The notes below the pieces were generated by a model. The model saw nothing but the letters and a program-made list of their open reading frames with translations. It made no database searches and was not told the DNA's origin. Position numbers and translations under genes: made by a program. Positions 9,440 to 18,716 of a stretch of 64,000 nucleotides of DNA are shown here, in pieces; within the stretch, counting starts at the first letter, position 1, and every line of letters starts with the position of its first letter. The DNA comes from Vicinamibacterales bacterium (GTDB lineage: Bacteria; Acidobacteriota; Vicinamibacteria; Vicinamibacterales; UBA8438): contig CBDBMV010000002.1 of the NCBI GenBank assembly GCA_965207665.1, positions 3,382,215-3,446,214 on the forward strand, given 5' to 3'.

Positions 9440-11496
9440 CACAGCAGCCCCTGCTCCTTCGCGCGCCACCACGGGATGCGTCTGCCGAGCTTCCTGACCA
9501 GGTAGTCGGGGAACAGGTAGCAGCGCACGGCGTCCGCCACGGCCTTCCCGTCGAAGATCTGTGCGATCGCCTGGTAGTTGCCCAGCACGGTGAAGTCGCG
9601 CGGCGTGAAGAGCGCCTCGCGGCGGGCCTGGTAGCTCTTCGAGAGGCCCGCCGACGTCGAGCCCCCGCCGCCGGCCCGCCCCGAGAGGAAGCTCACCCCG
9701 GCCCGCGCCGTGTTCTCCGACACCGAGTAGGACGCGACCATCCGGGAAACCTGGCCGCAGAGCTCGGACGCCGTCTTCGCGGACGCGTCGTCGCCCAGCG
9801 CCAGGTAGATGCGGGAACGGATGGTCTGCAGCAGCGCCCGCCACGACTCGCCCGCGCCAAGCGCCGAGCGCAGCGACGAGAGCGACTGCGTCGCCAGCAG
9901 CGGAATGCACTTGCTCTGGCGCGTCAGCGCGAAAGCCTTCTCGTCGCCGCTCGGATCGCTCTCCCCGACCGTGGCGAACTGCTGGTACTCGTCGACGACC
10001 AGCAGTACCGGCCGCCAGTAGCGGTCCCGGTTCCACTCCTCCTGCATGCGCGCCGGCCGCAGCAGCAGCGTGGAGAGCCACGCCTGCTTGAGCATCACGC
10101 CCAGCGTCCGGGCCAGGTTGGGGTTCTCGCCCGCGGGCATGTTCAAGGCGAGGACCTTCCCCGACTCCATCAGGTCGTAGAGCGGCGGAAGGCAGGGCGG
10201 CAGCCCCATCGGCACTCCGGAGTCGTCGTCGGGGCACGGCGGCGCAAACTTGCGGCCCGTATCCGGGAGGTCGAACACCGCGAGGAACACCGCGAGGCCC
10301 GTCACGACGTTGGTTCGCGTCTGCTCGGCGAGCCCGAGCCACTGCTGGCGGTACCAACGCGAGACCGCTTCGTGGGTCGCGGACTGGTCCACCTTGAGGT
10401 GCTTCTGCGCCTCGCGGCCGAGCCCCCAGGGGATCCCGCGGTAGCTCTCCTCGACCTTGCACTTGGCGCCGGCCTCCCGCAGCACGGCGACCACCGGCTC
10501 GGTGTCGGCGCGCGTCTCCTGCCGCGTGCACATGCGGCCGCCGCCCGCGTCGCGCCATGTCCACTCGCCGAGCTTTTCGGCGTGCCGACGGTGGTCGCGC
10601 CAGCCGACCGTGACCTCCCAAACGTCGGGGCAGCTCCATCGCGCGTCGAGCGCGGCCTTCATCGCGTGGATGTCCTCGCCGAGGGCCTGCTGGTCCACCG
10701 AGTAACGGTAGATGTCGCGGAGCGTCACCCAAGGCGGATACTGGAGCCGCTTCAAAACGATGATCCAGCGCGCCAGATCGCTGTACGCCTGTTGCCAGAA
10801 CGGCTCCTTTCCCTTGCCGTACAACTGGTTGAGCAGGGAGGCGATCGTGTAGGCGAGGCTCGACGAATCCATCCACGGGGCGTCGAGCGGGTTCCAGGCA
10901 TAGCCCTCGCGCTCGAGGTTGAGCTCGACGTAGTCGTCGCCGCGGCCGTACTCCGCGAGCATCGCGCGGACGTCGTTGCAGAAGTCGCCTTTCACTTCCA
11001 GGCACAGCCCCGCCGCGCGGCGCTCCCCGTCGTGGGCGCGCCAGCTCAGGAGCTGCTGGACGAACGGACGCATGCAGGCGGAGGTCTTGCCGGTGCCCAC
11101 TGCGCCGAAAACGATGGTGCCGGTGTAGAGCGCCTTGTCGCGCATCACGAGCCACGTGGGCTCGCGGGCCTCCTGAATCCGGCTGGGGTGATGGACCTCG
11201 CCGATGACGATGGCGGGCTCGGGGTCGTCGGGCGAAAGCGGCCAGGGCGCCAGCCGGCTGGCGCCCGCGCCCCGCGGCCGGTAGCGCTCGAACCACACCC
11301 GCCAGATGGATTCGGCCACCGACCCGAGCACCAGGACCAGGACGCCGGGCGAGAGGGCCGACCACGCCACCACCGGCCAGTACCAGGCGGGCGTCTGCTG
11401 CCGGATGAACAGGAGAAAGCGGTCGTCGAGCGGCAGCGGATGCGCCCACACCCACCACGCCGTGACCGAGCCCGCTGCAACCAGCCTGGCTACCAT
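9439..11496 (-). CDS. virD4: Type IV coupling protein (VirD4/TraG/TraD family)
   Basis: Last 685 aa of ORF 9439..12336. Two N-terminal TM segments, Walker A FGAVGTGKTS, Walker B VLLVVDEYQQF, LLATQSLSSL. Confidence 0.9.
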   Translation of the reverse strand: MVARLVAAGSVTAWWVWAHPLPLDDRFLLFIRQQTPAWYWPVVAWSALSPGVLVLVLGSVAESIWRVWFERYRPRGAGASRLAPWPLSPDDPEPAIVIGEVHHPSRIQEAREPTWLVMRDKALYTGTIVFGAVGTGKTSACMRPFVQQLLSWRAHDGERRAAGLCLEVKGDFCNDVRAMLAEYGRGDDYVELNLEREGYAWNPLDAPWMDSSSLAYTIASLLNQLYGKGKEPFWQQAYSDLARWIIVLKRLQYPPWVTLRDIYRYSVDQQALGEDIHAMKAALDARWSCPDVWEVTVGWRDHRRHAEKLGEWTWRDAGGGRMCTRQETRADTEPVVAVLREAGAKCKVEESYRGIPWGLGREAQKHLKVDQSATHEAVSRWYRQQWLGLAEQTRTNVVTGLAVFLAVFDLPDTGRKFAPPCPDDDSGVPMGLPPCLPPLYDLMESGKVLALNMPAGENPNLARTLGVMLKQAWLSTLLLRPARMQEEWNRDRYWRPVLLVVDEYQQFATVGESDPSGDEKAFALTRQSKCIPLLATQSLSSLRSALGAGESWRALLQTIRSRIYLALGDDASAKTASELCGQVSRMVASYSVSENTARAGVSFLSGRAGGGGSTSAGLSKSYQARREALFTPRDFTVLGNYQAIAQIFDGKAVADAVRCYLFPDYLVRKLGRRIPWWRAKEQGLL

Positions 11497-12455
11497 GATT
11501 CCGGCAGCCCCTCCGCTTGCCAGACCTCGCCGTCCGCCACGCCCGCGGCAAGGGTCGCGCGGCGCTCGGCCACGCGATCCTCCAGCTCGCGGAGGCGCGC
11601 AGCCAGCCGCTCGGGGCCGCCGTAGGCGGCGACTACCGGCGGGTCGCCACCCTCGAGGCGCCGCGCCTCCTGGCGCGTGAACCAGATGTCGCGCACCGCC
11701 TCCACCGCACCGCCGTCCGCCTTCCACTGCGCGAGGATCTGATCCACCGCGGGGTCGGCCGGCCGCGCCGCCGAGCGGACCAGCCTGAGCGAGACCGAGA
11801 CGCCGGCGGCGCCGACTGCCGCGATGAACGGCCGGTAGTGCCGCCACCACGTGCGAAGCCCCGCGGCGGGATCCACCAGGTCTTCGTCGACGTGCGGCCG
11901 CACGAGCACCAGCCGGTCGCCCGCGAAGGCGATAAGCGGCCGGTCCGGAAAGTAGATGTCCACCTTCTGCCCGACGCCGTAGGAGCGCCTCGGGAGCACC
12001 GAGCGGGGCACCCCCAGCGAGTCGGCCAGCGCGACCTGCCCCTCGATCGAGAACAGCCACGGCCAGTCGGGTGACGCGAGCGCGGCCCACGCCTTGAGAA
12101 GCCGCTCGACGATCCGCAGCCAATCCGCCGGGTCGAGGGGGCGGCGGTAGCGGCTGTTCTCCGCGCCGAGGGCGCGGTACAGCGCCTTGCCGCTGCAGTG
12201 GTAGACGACTCCGGAGCGCATGCGCTGCACGGCGAGCCCCTTGTCGCGGCCGAACGCGCGGCGCCACACGGCGGACACCTCGCCGTCGATGAAGCGCTCC
12301 GTGCGGGCGCGCCTCCCGTCGGTGTCCCCGATCCACCGCGAGGCGAACTCCCGTACGAACACCCCGCCGGACAGGACCACAAGGGCCACGAAACGCGAGG
12401 CCTGCGCGCTGAAGCCGGCCTCCTGGAGGGCGAGCTGGGCGCCAGAGAGCTCCAC
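11490..12455 (-). CDS. Hypothetical protein, weakly replication-relaxation-like (wHTH + PD-x-like core)
   Basis: GTG start preceded by GGGAGGGGAGG. LSGAQLALQEAGFSAQASRFVALVVLSGGVF, YHCSGKALYRALG, DIYFPDRPLIAF..LVLVRPHVDED. Sits directly upstream of virD4 with a 7-nt overlap. Confidence 0.55.
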   Translation of the reverse strand: MELSGAQLALQEAGFSAQASRFVALVVLSGGVFVREFASRWIGDTDGRRARTERFIDGEVSAVWRRAFGRDKGLAVQRMRSGVVYHCSGKALYRALGAENSRYRRPLDPADWLRIVERLLKAWAALASPDWPWLFSIEGQVALADSLGVPRSVLPRRSYGVGQKVDIYFPDRPLIAFAGDRLVLVRPHVDEDLVDPAAGLRTWWRHYRPFIAAVGAAGVSVSLRLVRSAARPADPAVDQILAQWKADGGAVEAVRDIWFTRQEARRLEGGDPPVVAAYGGPERLAARLRELEDRVAERRATLAAGVADGEVWQAEGLPESW

Positions 12456-12459
12456 CGCC

Positions 12460-13116
12460 CTACCTCCCCTCCCGGAGGGTCGTCCTCACGACGGTGTCTT
12501 CCAGGAACGTGATCACGAGCCCGATTGGATTGCTGAACACCAGATCCGGCGTGACCTCGGTGAAGGCGAACTGCAAATTGACCGACCACGGCTCGCTCTC
12601 GATCACGCGGCCCGCGGCCGTCCGCACGCGATCGAAGGCGATCTCGGCATCGTGCGGCGGCGCGGGGTTGGGCAGGACACGGATGCGGACGTTCTCGATG
12701 ACGATGTCGCCCTCGCCGCGCGCGCCGGCGATGAACTCGGCGACTTCCTCGCCGTACTCCGCCGAGAGCTGCGCGCTTACGCTTGCGCTCGTGAACCAGA
12801 GGCTCTCCTCCCAGCGCGCCTCGACGACCGCCCGCTGACGCGCGTACTGGGCCGCGACGAACTCGTGCAGGAAATAGCTGACCTCCGGCCCCGCCGGCTC
12901 GATCGCCTCGGGCAGGTAGTCGACGGCCTCGGCGCGGCCGACCTCGTCGACGCGCACGACCACCGGCGCCGGATGCGGCCGCCGGGCGACGCCCCAGAGC
13001 GCGAGGAGCGTCAGCGCCATGCACGCGCCCATGACGAGCAGCACCGCCCGGTAGTGCCGGGCGCGGGTGATGTGCTCGGCCCACACCTCGACGATCTCGT
13101 CCGTCTCGATCTCCAC
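12460..13116 (-). CDS. VirB8/TrbF-like T4SS inner-membrane protein
   Basis: GTG 13116, 2 nt after the upstream stop. Single TM RAVLLVMGACMALTLLALWGV followed by ~150 aa with a VirB8-like pattern (YFLHEFVAAQY..WEESLWFTS..VRIRVL..AEIAFD..WSVNLQFAF). Confidence 0.6.
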   Translation of the reverse strand: MEIETDEIVEVWAEHITRARHYRAVLLVMGACMALTLLALWGVARRPHPAPVVVRVDEVGRAEAVDYLPEAIEPAGPEVSYFLHEFVAAQYARQRAVVEARWEESLWFTSASVSAQLSAEYGEEVAEFIAGARGEGDIVIENVRIRVLPNPAPPHDAEIAFDRVRTAAGRVIESEPWSVNLQFAFTEVTPDLVFSNPIGLVITFLEDTVVRTTLREGR

Positions 13117-13118
13117 GA

Positions 13119-14420
13119 CTACTCGTCCTCCCGTTCCCGCCGGCCCTTGGATCCGCCCGCCTGCGACGACACCCAGTCCGCGTACCGCGCCCCCCTCGAG
13201 AGCGCCGCCGCCGTGCCCTTCATGCCGTGCGTAGCGGCGCCCCGCGCGAGTCCCGCGAGCCCGGCCGAGGCGAGCGCCCCGCCGGCCGCCGCGCCGCCTG
13301 TGGCCACCGTTGCCGCCGCGCCCGCAGCCACCGCGGTCAGCCCGGAGCTGAGGTTCTGCGAGCCGCCGAGCATGACCTGCGTGAGCTCGCCGACCTTGAA
13401 GCTCAGGAGCAGCGCCGCGAGAATCACCGGGACCCACGACCCGAACCGCCGCACGACGTCCAGGTACGACGCCATCACCGGATCGCCGGCGCCCGAGCCG
13501 ACGGCCGCCAGGCTCGCGACGAACGTGCTCATCCCCTCCAGCGGATAGGTGGCGAGCACCGCGATCATCCGCAGCAGCAGCGCCGCGACCACGACCTGGA
13601 AGCTGTACTGAATCAGGCCCTTCAGCCAAGACCAGAACAGGAACGACATCTGCTCCACGAGCAGGAACGGCACGAAGACGGGGCCGAGCAGCGTCAGGAC
13701 GCCCAGCGCGACGTTCGCCCATACCACCTGCGTGTAGACCAAGAGGCTGGCGATGAGAAGCAGCACGATGCCCAGGATCAGCACCCCCGCCGCGATGCTC
13801 AGCGACAACAACGTCGCAACGAGCGCGTCGATCCCCTGCAGGAGGCCGCCGAGGGACCACGGCGCGTTGGACAACGCGATCCCGAAGTGCCGGAACGTCT
13901 CGGAGAGCGTGCTGTAGATGCGGTCGTGGAGCTGCGCGAACGCCCCGCCACCCTCGTTGAGCGCCGAGGCGAGCGCCTGGCCCTGGCCGGTCACCATCTG
14001 GATGAAGGTCTGGTTGCCGAACGCCGCGTACGGCGTGTAGAACCCCTCGAGAACCATCAGCGGGAACGCCAGCCACAGGAGGAAGCTCACCAGCCCCCAC
14101 ATGTCGAGACGGCCGCCCATCGCCACCTTGAGCCCCTGGACGACGACCATGATCAGCGCGATCGTCGCCCACAACCGCACGCCCATGTCGTAGAAGTACT
14201 CGCGGACCGTCACGCCGCCGTAGGCCGCCGGCAGCGGGTCATTGACCAGGTCGTCCACCGCCGCCTGGACGTAGTCGAACGACCAGCGCGTGGCCGACCC
14301 GTCGGGATCGACGGGCGGCTGGGCCGACGCGGCCGCCGCGCAGGGTCCCAGGGCGCCCAGCCCGCCCAGGACCACAGCCGCGGCGAACACGCGCCGGCCC
14401 GACCGCGTCACCGGACCCAC
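13119..14420 (-). CDS. VirB6/TrbL-like polytopic T4SS membrane protein
   Basis: Signal-like N-terminus, at least 5 hydrophobic spans (e.g. LLSLSIAAGVLILGIVLLLIASLLVY) and a Gly/Ala-rich C-terminal tail. GTG 14420, or GTG 14411 which overlaps the upstream stop as GTGA. Confidence 0.7.
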   Translation of the reverse strand: MGPVTRSGRRVFAAAVVLGGLGALGPCAAAASAQPPVDPDGSATRWSFDYVQAAVDDLVNDPLPAAYGGVTVREYFYDMGVRLWATIALIMVVVQGLKVAMGGRLDMWGLVSFLLWLAFPLMVLEGFYTPYAAFGNQTFIQMVTGQGQALASALNEGGGAFAQLHDRIYSTLSETFRHFGIALSNAPWSLGGLLQGIDALVATLLSLSIAAGVLILGIVLLLIASLLVYTQVVWANVALGVLTLLGPVFVPFLLVEQMSFLFWSWLKGLIQYSFQVVVAALLLRMIAVLATYPLEGMSTFVASLAAVGSGAGDPVMASYLDVVRRFGSWVPVILAALLLSFKVGELTQVMLGGSQNLSSGLTAVAAGAAATVATGGAAAGGALASAGLAGLARGAATHGMKGTAAALSRGARYADWVSSQAGGSKGRREREDE

Positions 14421-15367
14421 GCCTCCATGAACTCGCCCGATCCGAGGACGCCCAGCGGATCGCCGCCGATGGACTCCGCCATGGCCGGCGCGGCGGCGGA
14501 CGCCAGGTGCGCCAGGCGGCCGAGCCGCCGCTCTGCGCGCGCGGCGGCGCCGTAGGCCTCCAGGCGGACGTCACGCGCCTCGGCGGAGAGCCGCGCGGCC
14601 CGGAGGGACAGAGAGCTCGCCGACTGGCTCGCGCCGAGCGATGCCAGCTGCGACGCGGCGCCGTCGGTTTCGGCCTGGCTCAACGCCGGGTCGGGATCGG
14701 AGGCGCCGCCCATCACGCGGCGCGTCGAATCGAGGACCTCCGCGGCGGATTCCAGCAGGCCGCGGCCGGCGTATTCGCCGGCGACGTGGCCGCCGAGGAC
14801 CGAGGCGGCGATCAGGCGCGTGTCCACCGCCGCCCCGTAGCGGAGATCGACCACGCGCCGGCGCAACTGGTCGGCATCCCGCACCTCGTCGCGGAGCTCC
14901 GCCGGCAGGCCGAGATCGTCGACGAGCACCTGCCACGCGGACGCCTTGCCGGCCGTCCACCCCAGTGGCTGCGCATCGAGCAGATCGACGAAGCCCGCCA
15001 CCGATCCGAAGTCGTGGCCGCCCAGACCGCGCGCGGCCTGGTAATTGAGGAGGGCGTCGTCGACGAGCGCCCACGTCTCGGTCAGCGGATCCCACAGCGG
15101 ACCGATGTCGGCGAGCTCCGACACCGCGCTCCGCCAGTCCGCCAGCGAGCGCACGCCCGACACCAAGCCTCCGGGATCAAGAAGTCCCCGGAACTCGGCG
15201 CCGGCCTGGGCGACGTACGCCTCCGCCGTCTGCACGTAGCCCCGGATCTGCGAGAGCATCGCCGAGACCTGCACGAGCATCCCGGCCCAGCTCGCGTCGA
15301 CCGCCGCGGGGCGGCCGAGCACCAGCACCAAGACGACCGCCGCCGCCAACGCCTGCTTGAGCCGCAT
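14408..15367 (-). CDS. Secreted helical protein in the VirB5/TrbJ position (tentative)
   Basis: ATG 15367 gives the signal peptide MRLKQALAAAVVLVLVLGRPAAVDA, then a helical region LVQVSAMLSQIRGYVQTAEAYVAQ. Assignment is by position and gross features only. Confidence 0.35.
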   Translation of the reverse strand: MRLKQALAAAVVLVLVLGRPAAVDASWAGMLVQVSAMLSQIRGYVQTAEAYVAQAGAEFRGLLDPGGLVSGVRSLADWRSAVSELADIGPLWDPLTETWALVDDALLNYQAARGLGGHDFGSVAGFVDLLDAQPLGWTAGKASAWQVLVDDLGLPAELRDEVRDADQLRRRVVDLRYGAAVDTRLIAASVLGGHVAGEYAGRGLLESAAEVLDSTRRVMGGASDPDPALSQAETDGAASQLASLGASQSASSLSLRAARLSAEARDVRLEAYGAAARAERRLGRLAHLASAAAPAMAESIGGDPLGVLGSGEFMEAWVR

Positions 15368-15380
15368 CACACTCCTCCCG

Positions 15381-16418
15381 TCAATTGGCCGCGACGAACA
15401 ACCGGCCGCCGAAGGGATTTGCCGCCGGGTTCCGTGCATGCAGCTCGGCCGCCAGCACGTTCGCGCGTCCCGCAGCGGTATCGAGAGACAGGTCCAGTCC
15501 GGCGAGCCCCTGCAATCGCTCCAGCCTCCGCTGCTCCTGCCGGCCCTCCTCGACTAGCTCGCGCTCCAGCGCGCGGCGCGCGCGGTCCGCGTCCTCGGCA
15601 TCGAGCTTGAGCAGCACCGCGTCCAGGTTCGCCCGGGCCTGCGTCGCCGCGAGCTGCAGCGACCGGTGCTGCGCGCGGGACGGGCAGACCCCCTGGCCCA
15701 TGCCGCCGCGGGCCCTTGCCGGACAGTCGGCGGTGCTCAGCGCAGCCACCGATTCCGCCAGCCGCTGCCGCAGCCCTTCGCGCTCGGCCGCCGTCCACGC
15801 CCGGGAGGCCGGACACACGATCACGCCCCGGCGGTCCGCTTCGGCCCGCGCAGGCTCGCATCCGTGGTACAGCCCGACGGCCACCAGCGCCTCCTCGACG
15901 AGCCGGTCGCGGTGGTCGGCCTCCGCGAGCTGCAGCTCGAAGTCGGCCGCGCGGACCGCGTGCAACGCCTCAAGGGACCTGGCCAGGTCGGGGTCCATCC
16001 CCGGCAGATCCGCGAACGCGCGGCCGGGATCGGGGAACGAGTCCGGCGCGCACGGCACCGTGCCGACATCGCCGGGCGGCAACGCCGCGCAGTCCGCGAG
16101 CTCCAGCTCCCGCGGATCGGCGCCCCCGAGCGTGCTCAGGTCGATGGAGGCACCCGCCCCCAACGCAAGCCGAATCTGGCCCGCGAAATCGTCGATGGGC
16201 TCGACCAGACCGCGGTAGGAGCTGAGCGCCTCGTCCCGGATGCGCATCATCGTGTCCCGCATCGCCATGAGGTTGCTCACAACTGAGGCCATCTGGCCGA
16301 CGACGATCCAGGCGGCGGGGTCCAGACCGAAGAACGCCCGCGCCCTCTCCGCTCCGGCGGACGCCAGGACGACGACCACCAGCACCAGCGCGACGTACAC
16401 CCGAACGGCACGACTCAT
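15381..16418 (-). CDS. Secreted helical Cys-containing protein in the VirB5/TrbJ position (tentative)
   Basis: AAGGAGGG lies 5-6 nt before ATG 16418. Signal peptide MSRAVRVYVALVLVVVVLASAGA, then VVGQMASVVSNLMAMRDTMMRIRDEA. Six Cys residues. Confidence 0.35.
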   Translation of the reverse strand: MSRAVRVYVALVLVVVVLASAGAERARAFFGLDPAAWIVVGQMASVVSNLMAMRDTMMRIRDEALSSYRGLVEPIDDFAGQIRLALGAGASIDLSTLGGADPRELELADCAALPPGDVGTVPCAPDSFPDPGRAFADLPGMDPDLARSLEALHAVRAADFELQLAEADHRDRLVEEALVAVGLYHGCEPARAEADRRGVIVCPASRAWTAAEREGLRQRLAESVAALSTADCPARARGGMGQGVCPSRAQHRSLQLAATQARANLDAVLLKLDAEDADRARRALERELVEEGRQEQRRLERLQGLAGLDLSLDTAAGRANVLAAELHARNPAANPFGGRLFVAAN

Positions 16419-16434
16419 CACGCCCTCCTTTCCT

Positions 16435-17838
16435 CTATGCCCGCGGAACGAGCAGGTCCTGGGTTAGGTAGATCCGAATGGGATGGCCCGCTCGGATGCG
16501 GATCTCGGGCAGGCGGTTCACGTAGCGGTCGAGCAGCCGGATCGCGGCGACGGAGAACTGCTGGCGGGCCGGGTCGAAGTACCCCTCGGAGCCGCCACCC
16601 GCCGACAGGCCCGCCAGCAGTCCGACCGCGCCGACCGCGCCGAACGTCGACAGGTAGTGGCGGTTGACCTCGTCGGCCAGGCCGGTTTCGCCCAGAGACG
16701 AGAGGCCCTCGAACCGCATCCTCACCGAGCGCCCGTCGGGAAACAGCAGCCGGGAGAAGCTGACGGCGAGCCGCGTCTGGAAGCCGTTTTCGACCGGCTG
16801 GGCCTCGCCGATCGCGGTCGTGCCGCGGGGGATCACCACCCGCCTGCGGTCCCGGGTGCGCACGGGAACGGTGATCCGAGCCCGCGCCTCGCCGGTGAAG
16901 TCGCCCACGAGCTGGGTCTCGAGTACCGCCTGCATCATGCGTCCCTCGTAGACGAGGTCGAGCCCCGCCGGCACGTCGGCCCAGCGCACGACGGCGGCGG
17001 AGCCGTTGCCGGAGGAGTCCGACACCTCGAGGCCCGCACCGGCGGCGTAGCGCTCGGACAGCGAGACCGCCGAGGCGCCCTCCGCAAGCGCACTGCCGAC
17101 CTCGCCGGGCGGCGCGGGCGCAACGACGGCGGGGCCCTTCGGGCGCTCCGGTGCCGGCGGCTCAGGCCGAGCGGACCCGGCCTCCTCCCGCATCAGGGCC
17201 ATGAGCTGCCGGTCCAGCGCCGCATCGCCGGTGATGGCCGGCGGCGGCGCTGCCGTCTGCGCGGCGGCCGGCGGGCCGGGATCGCCGACCAGGGCCGGCG
17301 CGCGCATCGAGAGCGTGAAGCGCTGCAGCTCGTCGAGCCGCAGGGCCTCCCGCATCTCCCGCTCCTCGACCGTCTCGAGCGTCGTCTGGATGTCGCTGGC
17401 GATGTCGGCCGCCCCCGCGCCCGTGCGCTCCGCCTCCTCGCGGATGCGCTGGGTCTCGAGAAGCGCCGACCGGGCATCCTCAAGCTCCCGGCGTGCGTCC
17501 CGCAGGCTCTCCTCGCGCCGGAACTCCTCGCCCTGGCGCCGCTCCTCCTCCCGCGCCTCGCGCTCGGCCTCCAGCCGCGCGAGGTCTTCCCGGAGCTGCT
17601 CCCCCTGGCGGATCACCGGCGCGACGACGCCCCGGACGTCCGCGACCGCCGCCTCGATGGCGGCCTCGTCGGCGCCGGCGTCCTCGGGAGGCCCGCCCGA
17701 CCCGGTGAGAAACATTACGAGGATCAGGACCGCGGCGAAGCCGAGGCCCGCGTAGACGGGCAGGTTCTTGGGGATGACCCCTGTGGGAACCGTCAGTTGC
17801 CAGTCCGCCACGGCTCCCCCTCGCTCCGCATGCGCCAC
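16435..17838 (-). CDS. virB10: VirB10/TrbI family T4SS protein
   Basis: N-terminal TM PVYAGLGFAAVLILVMFL, charged coiled coil, Pro-rich linker, and TrbI-like C-terminus VYEGRMMQAVLETQLVGDFTGEARARITVPV..VIPRGTTAIGE..RLAVSFSRLLFPDGRSV..GETGLADEVNRHY. The GTG start is uncertain (46-nt overlap with the virB9 end). Confidence 0.85.
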   Translation of the reverse strand: MAHAERGGAVADWQLTVPTGVIPKNLPVYAGLGFAAVLILVMFLTGSGGPPEDAGADEAAIEAAVADVRGVVAPVIRQGEQLREDLARLEAEREAREEERRQGEEFRREESLRDARRELEDARSALLETQRIREEAERTGAGAADIASDIQTTLETVEEREMREALRLDELQRFTLSMRAPALVGDPGPPAAAQTAAPPPAITGDAALDRQLMALMREEAGSARPEPPAPERPKGPAVVAPAPPGEVGSALAEGASAVSLSERYAAGAGLEVSDSSGNGSAAVVRWADVPAGLDLVYEGRMMQAVLETQLVGDFTGEARARITVPVRTRDRRRVVIPRGTTAIGEAQPVENGFQTRLAVSFSRLLFPDGRSVRMRFEGLSSLGETGLADEVNRHYLSTFGAVGAVGLLAGLSAGGGSEGYFDPARQQFSVAAIRLLDRYVNRLPEIRIRAGHPIRIYLTQDLLVPRA

Positions 17839-18710
17839 CGAGCGCCGGTCTCGAGCTCACCAACGCCGAGAATGCCTGCCTCGACCACGCCGTCGACGCG
17901 GACCACGAACCCATGGCCGATCACCTCGTGCGGCAGCACGCGCGCCGTGCCGTCGGGCAGCAGCGCTCGAACGACGACCTCGTCGTCCACCACCCGGCGG
18001 AAGCGGATGAACGTCGACTGCGTGTCGTGCCACATCCCCTCCACCCGGTAGGGCGCCGCCGTCACGTCCACCTCGGGGTCGAACTCGAACACGAAGTGCA
18101 GCCGCGCGGGATAGCCGGAAACGAACGAGTCGACCGCTTCGTCGGCCGCGGCGACGGCGTCTTCGACGCGGTCCCTCACCTCCGCCTCGGCACTGCGGAG
18201 CGCCTCGCGCGCGCGCTCCTCCTCCCGCCGGATCGCTTCCACGTCGATCGCGGACAGCAGCACCGCGGCCTCGGCCCCTGTCCCCGCCACGACGTCCTCG
18301 ACGATCTCCGCGGCGCCGAAGTAAGCGGCCGGCGCGTCCTCCGGCGCGAGCGCGCCGAGATGGACCACAGTGTGGACGGGCAGCAGGTCGCTCTCCCTGA
18401 GGCCGATCGACAGCACCGAACCGTCAGAGAGCACGAGGCTCAGGTTCGTCGCCACGCCGCGCGCGAGCGGCCGCACCATCGCGAGATGGCCGCCGCCGGT
18501 CGCGATCCACCGGTCCGGATCGCCGAGCCGACGCTCCACGACCCTCCAACCGGCCGGCAGGACGATGGTCGTCTCGAATCCCACGCGCGTGACGACCTCG
18601 ACGAGCGCCACGCCGCCCCGGACGCCGGCCTGGACGGACCCCTGCGGAACCTGCGCCGCGGCAGGCCACGCCCACGCGATCAACGCCGCCGCAATGAGAC
18701 GCGCACCCAT
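17793..18710 (-). CDS. virB9: VirB9/TrbG/CagX-like T4SS outer-membrane core protein, copy 2
   Basis: Signal peptide MGARLIAAALIAWAWPAAAQ. N-domain TTIVLPAGWRVVERRLGDPDRWIATGGGHLAMVRPLARGVATNLSLVLSDGSVLSIGL. C-domain WHDTQSTFIRF..LPDGTARVLPHEV. Confidence 0.75.
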   Translation of the reverse strand: MGARLIAAALIAWAWPAAAQVPQGSVQAGVRGGVALVEVVTRVGFETTIVLPAGWRVVERRLGDPDRWIATGGGHLAMVRPLARGVATNLSLVLSDGSVLSIGLRESDLLPVHTVVHLGALAPEDAPAAYFGAAEIVEDVVAGTGAEAAVLLSAIDVEAIRREEERAREALRSAEAEVRDRVEDAVAAADEAVDSFVSGYPARLHFVFEFDPEVDVTAAPYRVEGMWHDTQSTFIRFRRVVDDEVVVRALLPDGTARVLPHEVIGHGFVVRVDGVVEAGILGVGELETGARWRMRSEGEPWRTGN

Positions 18711-18716
18711 TCGAGA

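Noticed and set aside
8252-12336. Apparent 1099-aa and 965-aa fusion ORFs (8252..11551, 9439..12336). The same issue affects 12460..14172, 18717..20543 and 53814..56120
   Set aside because: The N-terminal extensions read through the upstream gene in another frame and are low-complexity. Internal ATG/GTG starts that abut or overlap the upstream stop give proteins of canonical length (VirB11 395 aa, VirD4 685 aa, and so on).
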